From a virus: a stretch of DNA of 19,032 nucleotides. The position numbers and the translations under genes are program-made. Numbering within the stretch: position 1 is the first letter of the stretch; each line of letters opens with the position of its first letter. The stretch covers positions 1-19,032 of IMG/VR virus record IMGVR_UViG_3300045988_041147; one strand, given 5' to 3'. Positions 1 through 5,829 of the stretch are shown here, piece after piece. The notes below the pieces were generated by a model. It was not told the DNA's origin and made no database searches. It saw only the letters and a program-made list of their open reading frames with translations.

Positions 1-308
1 AGTTTGCATAACATCAAAAAGAACCATCATTGCAATTGGTGAGTGTCAACTTTTTTTATTTTGGGCTTGTCGTTTTTTTTATTGACACTGTGTCAATGGT
101 TGTATGTACAACAATTTCATATAGCCATTGGTTAACTGGGTTAACTCATGTTGTCTAATTATCTGTAAGTTACGGTAACGTAACCGTAACTTACCAACCG
201 GTAGGTAGGTGTGTTTTAGTGTTTTGCTTCATTTTGTTTTCGGGCGTGTCGTGTTTTTGTTTGTGTTATTATATAACTATCAACTTCAAGGGAAGGAAAA
301 ATAAAATG
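1..308. repeat. Left inverted terminal repeat (308 bp); presumed TP-primed replication origin plus early promoter, RBS and ATG
   Basis: I checked block by block that 1-308 is the exact reverse complement of 18725-19032. Identity stops right after the ATG at 306-308. Confidence 0.97.
262..272 (+). promoter_or_regulatory. Extended -10 promoter inside the left ITR (TGTGtTATTAT)
   Basis: TRTG/TGn motif followed by TATTAT (5/6 match to TATAAT), about 35 nt upstream of the ATG at 306. RBS AAGGGAAGG lies at 288-296. Confidence 0.5.
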
Positions 309-689
309 AAACTTATTCTTAACCATAAGCATGACACGGAAATTCAATCTCAGCTTGACCGTGCAAACCATTTCGCTCACATGCGTACCGTCGATATTGA
401 CGATGTGTATAATGCGGTTGCAGTTCTTGAACGCAAGTTCAAAGATTGCTCTAAGAAAAGCATGGAAGGTTTGATTGTTCATGTTGACTTGAATTCTCAG
501 TACTTTCCGAACGCTTACCGTGGTGTACCCATGAGTACTCTCTTCGTGCTTATGTATGCAAAGCGTTCATGGCGCTTCATTCGTGCGGAACGCTTGCGTT
601 GTAGTGAATCTAAGCGGTATGAAGTAACGTATTTGCCTGACCCTATGCGTGAGGAGTTGTTGAAGCAGTTTGAGTCGTTTGACCGTTGA
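306..689 (+). CDS. Hypothetical early protein (127 aa)
   Basis: ATG at 306 follows a good RBS. The ORF-track start at 219 lies inside the ITR and yields the same 29-aa leader at both genome ends, so it is an artefact. No recognisable domain. Confidence 0.7.
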   Translation: MKLILNHKHDTEIQSQLDRANHFAHMRTVDIDDVYNAVAVLERKFKDCSKKSMEGLIVHVDLNSQYFPNAYRGVPMSTLFVLMYAKRSWRFIRAERLRCSESKRYEVTYLPDPMREELLKQFESFDR

Positions 690-703
690 TTGGAGGAAAA
701 TAA

Positions 704-943
704 ATGAATACTGTAATTGTTGTCAGTTGGTGGGCTAGGACAGCTGTCGTTTTCTTCACTGATATTGATGATTTTTACATGTTAGATACTGGGAAAAATA
801 GAACTCTTAGGGGAGCAAAGTCTTGTATTCGTAGGGAGGTATCCGGTAAGTACGGGATTTCACTATCTCATATTAAGACTGTGAAGGATACTCCTTCGGT
901 TACATTTCTTCTCGCTAAGCGTGCCACAAAAGAGGATGATTGA
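704..943 (+). CDS. Hypothetical early protein (79 aa)
   Basis: GGAGGA RBS lies 8 nt upstream of the ATG, and the ORF is tightly packed with its neighbours. Confidence 0.65.
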   Translation: MNTVIVVSWWARTAVVFFTDIDDFYMLDTGKNRTLRGAKSCIRREVSGKYGISLSHIKTVKDTPSVTFLLAKRATKEDD

Positions 944-944
944 C

Positions 945-1175
945 ATGTGGTATTTTATTATTACCAGTGATGGTTTTCAGGTTTTTGAGGTTTTGCCTGA
1001 TTGTGTGAAGCCTAGTGAAATGTTTTACACTGCATCACTTAAGGATTCTTTGGATGGCGTTCTGTCTCATATCCGTCATGAGTATGCGGGTATGGATGTG
1101 GATGTGGATATTGATAATGCTACGTTTGATCTTGATAATATTATGGTTGGCATGGTGAAGGTGGTGTTGGTATGA
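945..1175 (+). CDS. Hypothetical early protein (76 aa; track start 921 is GTG)
   Basis: AAAGAGGA lies 9 nt upstream of ATG 945, which starts 1 nt after the previous stop. The stop overlaps the next start (ATGA at 1172-1175). Confidence 0.6.
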   Translation: MWYFIITSDGFQVFEVLPDCVKPSEMFYTASLKDSLDGVLSHIRHEYAGMDVDVDIDNATFDLDNIMVGMVKVVLV

Positions 1176-1342
1176 TGATGTGTATGGGTATTGTTTTTAT
1201 CTTGTTTGTGATTTGGTTGATTGTCGTGAGTGCGGTAGCGTTTTGTGAAGCACCTCGTGAGTCGCGTGATGTGCTTTGCTTTTTGGCTATGATTGTTGTG
1301 AGCGTGGCTATTGTATTGGTTTTTATAGTGAAAGGTTTTTGA
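1172..1342 (+). CDS. Small two-helix membrane protein (56 aa), absent from the ORF track
   Basis: My translation is MMMCMGIVFILFVIWLIVVSAVAFCEAPRESRDVLCFLAMIVVSVAIVLVFIVKGF: two hydrophobic stretches joined by a charged loop. AAGGTGG RBS lies 7 nt upstream. There is an ATGA overlap with the upstream gene, and the next ATG follows 2 nt after the stop. Confidence 0.6.
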   Translation: MMMCMGIVFILFVIWLIVVSAVAFCEAPRESRDVLCFLAMIVVSVAIVLVFIVKGF

Positions 1343-1344
1343 TT

Positions 1345-1590
1345 ATGCGTTACTGTGATGTGAAGGTTGCTGTGTTTCCGTCTCAGCACTTGGGTGGTGA
1401 TGTGGAGTTGTGGTATTGCTCTCATAGTCAATCGTATAGGTTGAAGTATGATGTGGCGTTTTATTCGCCGGACGGTTTGTGCTCGGCTGTGGCCTTAGCG
1501 GCCTATAGTGCCACTGATTATGATCAAGTGGTGGACGTGCTTGTTGACGCTATCGACATTGCCAATACTCCTCTACTAGATAGGGATTAG
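1345..1590 (+). CDS. Hypothetical early protein (81 aa)
   Basis: ATG at 1345 (MRYCDVK...) follows GAAAGG. The track start at 1276 would overlap the membrane-protein ORF. Confidence 0.6.
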   Translation: MRYCDVKVAVFPSQHLGGDVELWYCSHSQSYRLKYDVAFYSPDGLCSAVALAAYSATDYDQVVDVLVDAIDIANTPLLDRD

Positions 1591-1592
1591 TC

Positions 1593-1796
1593 ATGTATTT
1601 TCGTGGTTGGATACACTCGTGGATATGCGTCACATGTCCTGACGCTGATAGTTATTGGCGCTTGCGCGCTTTTTGGGACGGAAGGCAACATAAGCGGAGC
1701 GCCACTAATCCGCCGAAACGGTGCCCCGACCCGCAGTTGTGGCATAACATGTGGAAACTTGGGTCTAGAGCCTATGTCGATGGAGTGGATTTTTAG
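1593..1796 (+). CDS. Hypothetical Trp/Cys-rich protein (67 aa)
   Basis: The ATG lies 2 nt after the previous stop with AGGGA upstream, and the ORF ends 2 nt before the next ATG. I prefer it over the overlapping GTG-started ORF 1603-1806 on packing grounds only. Confidence 0.45.
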   Translation: MYFRGWIHSWICVTCPDADSYWRLRAFWDGRQHKRSATNPPKRCPDPQLWHNMWKLGSRAYVDGVDF

Positions 1797-1798
1797 TT

Positions 1799-1975
1799 AT
1801 GTATGAAACTTTTGTCGCACTCGCGTATTTGCGTCATGGTGATAAACCGCCTATCGAAGTAGGTTACGCCAATTCGTATGATAAGGCCGCTGAGCTGGTA
1901 CGCAAGTGGGCGGCAGTGCCTTCGCATACTCGCAATATCGCGTATTTTAAGGTGGAAAGGCGCTACTATGTTTAA
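1799..1975 (+). CDS. Hypothetical protein (58 aa), absent from the ORF track
   Basis: My translation is MYETFVALAYLRHGDKPPIEVGYANSYDKAAELVRKWAAVPSHTRNIAYFKVERRYYV. It fills the gap exactly, and its stop overlaps the next start in ATGTTTAA (1968-1975). Confidence 0.5.
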   Translation: MYETFVALAYLRHGDKPPIEVGYANSYDKAAELVRKWAAVPSHTRNIAYFKVERRYYV

Positions 1976-2486
1976 CCGTGGCGATGACCGTACGCCGGTT
2001 TATCGTATGCGCCGTTTTGATGACGGGATTATGGAATCATCCCGTATTGTCAAGGCTACGCGGGGGCATACTCGTGAATTGAATCTCAGACGCTATGACA
2101 TGGGCTATGGCGATTTTGAAACGTGCTGTAGGGCGGTCAACATGTTGTGTGAATTGTGGCGTGAAGTGCCCAGTGAGTGGTTTACGCAAGCGGTGATCAC
2201 GGTGTCTCAGATTTGCGGAAGCATGTGTATTGGTGATGGACTCGCCGCCGCCCTCTCTCGCACGTATGATGTGGAATATTTGGACGGTTCTATCAATCCG
2301 CCCAATCTTATTGCATGGTGTGCCGTGTGTGCAGTCAAGGGAGCTACGTCGTATGACTGTTGTACGATTTTCGATAATCCGCAAGCGCAAAACATGATTA
2401 TCGCCGTGTTTAAAAATTTTGACAGACTGGATACGACAAGGTATAATGACAGTGAATTGGAAAAAATCTTACTGCAAGGGAGGTAA
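1968..2486 (+). CDS. Hypothetical Cys-rich protein (172 aa)
   Basis: Internal ATG (MFNRGDD...) follows GGAAAGG. The track start at 1878 overlaps the 58-aa ORF in another frame. Many Cys residues; no recognised domain. Confidence 0.65.
   Translation: MFNRGDDRTPVYRMRRFDDGIMESSRIVKATRGHTRELNLRRYDMGYGDFETCCRAVNMLCELWREVPSEWFTQAVITVSQICGSMCIGDGLAAALSRTYDVEYLDGSINPPNLIAWCAVCAVKGATSYDCCTIFDNPQAQNMIIAVFKNFDRLDTTRYNDSELEKILLQGR
2419..2447 (+). promoter_or_regulatory. Perfect consensus sigma-A/sigma-70 promoter TTGACA-17 nt-TATAAT
   Basis: TTGACA at 2419-2424, a 17-nt spacer, and TATAAT at 2442-2447, with an A-rich tract just upstream. It sits in the 3' end of the 172-aa gene and faces the replication genes. 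Confidence 0.75.
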
Positions 2487-2488
2487 AA

Positions 2489-2806
2489 TTGGCTAGAACC
2501 AAAACCGACATTTTCAGAACCCGCGTATATGCCGTCCTTAAAGGCATGGAATTGGTTGACGGCGATTTTATGGAAGCCGAGCACGTCATTGACGGACGTT
2601 TGAAGGATACACGCGCGTATTCGATTCGTGCCAAAAAACTGTTTCCGAATTTCATTCCACGTTCTATCAACATTTTTTCACAAAAAGTTTCTATTAATGA
2701 GGAGACTTTTTACAAGTATGCGACTTTTGAAGAACCTCAGGAATGGAACCCCGAAGAACATACAAACAAACGACACGCCGACATTGAAAATAATGACGGC
2801 ATGTGA
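2489..2806 (+). CDS. Hypothetical protein (105 aa, TTG start)
   Basis: Strong AAGGGAGG RBS lies 5 nt upstream of TTG 2489. Function unknown. Confidence 0.55.
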   Translation: MARTKTDIFRTRVYAVLKGMELVDGDFMEAEHVIDGRLKDTRAYSIRAKKLFPNFIPRSINIFSQKVSINEETFYKYATFEEPQEWNPEEHTNKRHADIENNDGM

Positions 2807-2812
2807 TATAAA
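2802..2812 (+). promoter_or_regulatory. Extended -10 promoter (TGTGaTATAAA)
   Basis: TRTG motif plus TATAAA overlaps the TGA stop at 2804-2806, upstream of the 2870 gene. Confidence 0.5.
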
Positions 2813-2869
2813 AGATTTTAGGCATAAGCCTGAAAATAAAAACAATAACCATAAGGGAAGGTAAATATC

Positions 2870-3304
2870 ATGGAAAACACCAACACCGCACTTGTCGCAT
2901 TCAACACTGAATCCACCGAACTCGGCACCGTCCAGCACTTTATCGACACTTCCACTCGTGAGGGTAAAATCAAGCTCTACAGCGCATTGCAGAACGCCGA
3001 AAAGCTCGACGAACACCTCAACGAAACCTTGAACATGGTGAATGCCGTTGCTCAGGCCGTACAGGTCACGGACGATCAGACGGGCGAAATATCCAATACC
3101 GTGCGTGTTATCATCGTGACCGACGATAACAAGGCGTATGCGGCCACCTCCCCCACTTTGGCGGCAGGATTGAACACCATGTTCGGTATTTTCGGAACCC
3201 CGAACACTTGGGACGCACCATTGGCTATCAAGGTGGTGGAACGTCGCTCCCGTCGCGGCTTCAAGTTTTTCAGCATTGAGCCCGTGGACGAACAGGGTGA
3301 GTGA
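2870..3304 (+). CDS. Putative phage single-stranded DNA-binding protein (144 aa)
   Basis: It lies immediately upstream of the TP and polymerase genes, like phi29 gp5. By eye the sequence pattern resembles the OB-fold phage SSB family of lactococcal phages, with an acidic C-terminal tail (VDEQGE). Not verified by search. Confidence 0.4.
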   Translation: MENTNTALVAFNTESTELGTVQHFIDTSTREGKIKLYSALQNAEKLDEHLNETLNMVNAVAQAVQVTDDQTGEISNTVRVIIVTDDNKAYAATSPTLAAGLNTMFGIFGTPNTWDAPLAIKVVERRSRRGFKFFSIEPVDEQGE

Positions 3305-3307
3305 ACT

Positions 3308-3316
3308 TGCTATAAT
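3308..3316 (+). promoter_or_regulatory. Extended -10 promoter (TGcTATAAT)
   Basis: Exact TGnTATAAT sits 4 nt after the putative-SSB gene stop, about 70 nt upstream of the terminal-protein gene. Confidence 0.65.
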
Positions 3317-3338
3317 CGTTAAGTAGCGTTCGTTCATT

Positions 3339-3363
3339 GAGAGCACCCAATTTGGGTGCTCTC
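3339..3363 (+). other. Perfect 11-bp hairpin (GAGAGCACCCA / TGGGTGCTCTC) with no U-tract
   Basis: Seen directly. It begins about 16 nt downstream of the predicted start of the 3308 promoter. It could be a 5' stabiliser, a processing site or a weak terminator. Confidence 0.6.
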
Positions 3364-3385
3364 GCCATCTTAAGGACTGTGCTAT

Positions 3386-4345
3386 ATGTCTCGGAAGAAG
3401 AAGCATGTCAAGGCACGTCAGGCCGCGCAAGCCCGTGCCGCCCGTAACATCAAACAGCTCGGCGCTTACTCCCACTCGAACCTGGCTAAAACTGCAGATC
3501 GCCAATTAGTCAACATTGCGAAAACGCTGGGTAAGGAGTGGGAGCGGCAGAAGAAACAGTCCATAGCGGAAGCGAAGGCAACCCCATATCATGCCACCGC
3601 CGTGGAAAAGCCGACGAAAAAAGACTACATGTTTGCCCAGCGTACACCCATCACGAACGCGCAAATTCAGGCGGAACCCGTAGCGAAACGGCGCAAACTC
3701 CTGCGACAACAGCAACGGAAAATCAATGCGGCACGACGCAAGATCAATGAATGGAACAAAATGCAGGCCATGCCCCCGCGTAGCGTGTATGACCAGCGCG
3801 TGGCAGAACTTGAAGGCACAACCGGTGAGGGGTTTGGACGCACTCAGATCATTCCGTCAAAACTCACCGACTTCCTGCAAATGACCAACGTGTTGAGTGA
3901 TGAAGCATTCGTGCGAAGTCAATTGGAGAGCGGGCACCGGAATGAATTGCGTGAGCAGATGCATGATGTGGCCGAAATCTTGGGACTGCGTACGGAACAA
4001 AAACGCAAGCCGACTAAAAAACGGAAGACAGAGACTCGACCCGACCTATACGACGATCATAATTGGCCGTCCTACATGAGTCGCGGACGCTATGAAGTGT
4101 TCGAGAAAATCTTGGCTACAACGCTCGGCTCGAAACGTTTAAAGCGGTTCCGTCAACTGTCAGCCGCGCAAAAACGTGCGTTTATCGAACAGACAGACGC
4201 CCCCCGTATCGTGTTCGACTGGACAGTGTATGACTCCGTCCGACACGGTTTCACCTCAGTATTTCGAGATAACAGTGAGGGCTATCAGCGCTCACGGCGG
4301 CAATTCGATAGGTGGTTGGCGGAAGCTGGCGCACTGGAAAAGTAG
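3386..4345 (+). CDS. Putative terminal protein (319 aa)
   Basis: It lies immediately upstream of the protein-primed polymerase, as in phi29 and Cp-1. It is very basic, with Lys/Arg-rich clusters at the N-terminus and in the centre. No convincing by-eye similarity to phi29 gp3. Confidence 0.55.
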   Translation: MSRKKKHVKARQAAQARAARNIKQLGAYSHSNLAKTADRQLVNIAKTLGKEWERQKKQSIAEAKATPYHATAVEKPTKKDYMFAQRTPITNAQIQAEPVAKRRKLLRQQQRKINAARRKINEWNKMQAMPPRSVYDQRVAELEGTTGEGFGRTQIIPSKLTDFLQMTNVLSDEAFVRSQLESGHRNELREQMHDVAEILGLRTEQKRKPTKKRKTETRPDLYDDHNWPSYMSRGRYEVFEKILATTLGSKRLKRFRQLSAAQKRAFIEQTDAPRIVFDWTVYDSVRHGFTSVFRDNSEGYQRSRRQFDRWLAEAGALEK

Positions 4346-4372
4346 CGGTCAGTGATCAAGGGACGTTATACT

Positions 4373-5824
4373 ATGACAGTGCAAGACAATAGGGTGGGAT
4401 TATGGTGTATGGATAGCGTCATACGATTTACGGATGGCACCGTGCTACGTGACATTATCGCCCCTAACCGGCTGTTGTCGTCCATTATGTCGGGTGGCAA
4501 ACTCACCATATATGTGACTAACCCAGACGTTTTAGACCCGTTTATCGCGCACGTCGTGCACTCCCTCCCCCACGATGAGCATAATGCTAACCTCAGCTGG
4601 GACGCCATTGTCTCCAAAAAAGGCAAGTTTTTCAGCTTCACGGTGCGTATAGATCGAGAAAATTCCGCACGCTTTTTCGACATATCGAATCTTTTACGAG
4701 AGAATTGCCGTCTCACCATGACCGACGCCCAGCTACTCAACATTTTACGTGAGTATGATGACCGTGGCTTATGTAAGATTACGGCGGGTGGGGCGAGTAT
4801 GGAAGCGTTCGCGTCCGGCGAGTGGAAATGGTATTACGACAAATTCCCACAATTGGAATCCGAAACTAAAAAGTCATTGCATGATGCCTATATCGGCGGA
4901 TTCATGACCGCCAAAGAAGGCATGTACGGCAAAGCTATCGATGTTGACTGCAATTCCATGTATCCGTCCATACTACGGGATGAATGGCTCCCATGGGGTG
5001 AACCCGAACCATATGAAGGCAAATACGAAGAAGATAGCGACATGCCCCTACATTGTGATGAACTCACATTTCGTGCGGAACTCAAACCAAACGGACACCC
5101 TTTTCTGCTCGACAATCGCAGTGTCTACGGATTGAATCGGCTCACTTCCACCCGTGGCTATATCACGCGCGTATTAACCGACATTGATCAACAACTACTG
5201 TATAACAATTATGAAGTGAGCGTCTACAAGCATGTGCGCGGCTGGAAATTCCGCCGCTCCAAAGGCTTTTTCCGCTCGTTCGTGGATGAATGGGGGGAGC
5301 TGAAACAGAAGGCGACGGGCGAGAAACGACAAATGGCGAAACTCATTATGAACGCCCTAGTTGGGAAAATGGCTAGTTTGCCCAAGGGTGCCGTCATGCT
5401 CCCTACCTCCAAAGATGGCATTACCCTCGACTGGGATGTGTCGCAACGTGAGGAATCGAACCTGAAAACCGATTATCTCCCAGTACCCGTATGGGTGAAT
5501 GCTTATGCACGTCGCAAACTTATGACCGTCTGCCACGCTAACGCCGACCGACTTTTGTACGCTAATACGGACGGTTGCATCCTATCAGGCTGGGAACCTG
5601 TGCGATCATGTGACATTCACCCGACTGAGCTTGGTAAGTGGAAGATCGCCGCCCGATATGAGAAATTGACCATACTCGGCATGAACCGTTATCAGGGGTG
5701 GCGTGATGATGGTGAGGTTGACGTATGTATGGCGGGCAACATGTTCTCGCAGCCCATCCCCTATGAGCAATTCCGGCATGGCGTGCAAGTCATGGATGAT
5801 TACGGAACAATGGTCATGCTATAA
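4373..5824 (+). CDS. Protein-primed family-B DNA polymerase, phi29 gp2-like (483 aa; alternative GTG start at 4352)
   Basis: It aligns with phi29 DNAP over AYxGGF, Dx2SLYP (DVDCNSMYP), Kx3NSxYG (KLIMNALVGK), motif C (YANTDG) and the LGxW/thumb region. Spacing fits the TPR1 and TPR2 insertions. AAGGGA lies 9 nt upstream of ATG 4373. Confidence 0.93.
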   Translation: MTVQDNRVGLWCMDSVIRFTDGTVLRDIIAPNRLLSSIMSGGKLTIYVTNPDVLDPFIAHVVHSLPHDEHNANLSWDAIVSKKGKFFSFTVRIDRENSARFFDISNLLRENCRLTMTDAQLLNILREYDDRGLCKITAGGASMEAFASGEWKWYYDKFPQLESETKKSLHDAYIGGFMTAKEGMYGKAIDVDCNSMYPSILRDEWLPWGEPEPYEGKYEEDSDMPLHCDELTFRAELKPNGHPFLLDNRSVYGLNRLTSTRGYITRVLTDIDQQLLYNNYEVSVYKHVRGWKFRRSKGFFRSFVDEWGELKQKATGEKRQMAKLIMNALVGKMASLPKGAVMLPTSKDGITLDWDVSQREESNLKTDYLPVPVWVNAYARRKLMTVCHANADRLLYANTDGCILSGWEPVRSCDIHPTELGKWKIAARYEKLTILGMNRYQGWRDDGEVDVCMAGNMFSQPIPYEQFRHGVQVMDDYGTMVML

Positions 5825-5825
5825 T
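5817..5825 (+). promoter_or_regulatory. Extended -10 promoter (TGcTATAAT) overlapping the polymerase stop codon
   Basis: Exact TGnTATAAT. The TAA stop (5822-5824) lies inside the hexamer. Confidence 0.6.
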
Positions 5826-5829
5826 GTCT

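Noticed and set aside
219-305. N-terminal extension MFCFILFSGVSCFCLCYYITINFKGRKNK on both terminal ORFs (track ORFs 219-689 and 18482-18814).
   Set aside because: The identical 29-aa extension exists only because the frame stays open in the ITR. A strong RBS directly precedes the internal ATG at 306 (and its mirror at 18727), and the predicted promoter lies inside the extension.
1658-1674. Mini hairpin GCGC-TTGC-GCGC followed by TTTTT inside ORF 1593-1796, resembling a small terminator.
   Set aside because: The stem is only 4 bp, it lies inside a probable coding region, and it is easily a chance occurrence.
1603-1806. A second complete 67-aa ORF, offset by one frame and overlapping ORF 1593-1796, in a locally more GC-rich patch.
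   Set aside because: It has a GTG start and no RBS, and its end would overlap the next gene by 8 nt. The 1593 frame packs exactly between its neighbours. I cannot exclude that the 1603 frame is the real one or that both are used, so confidence in the 1593 call is kept low.
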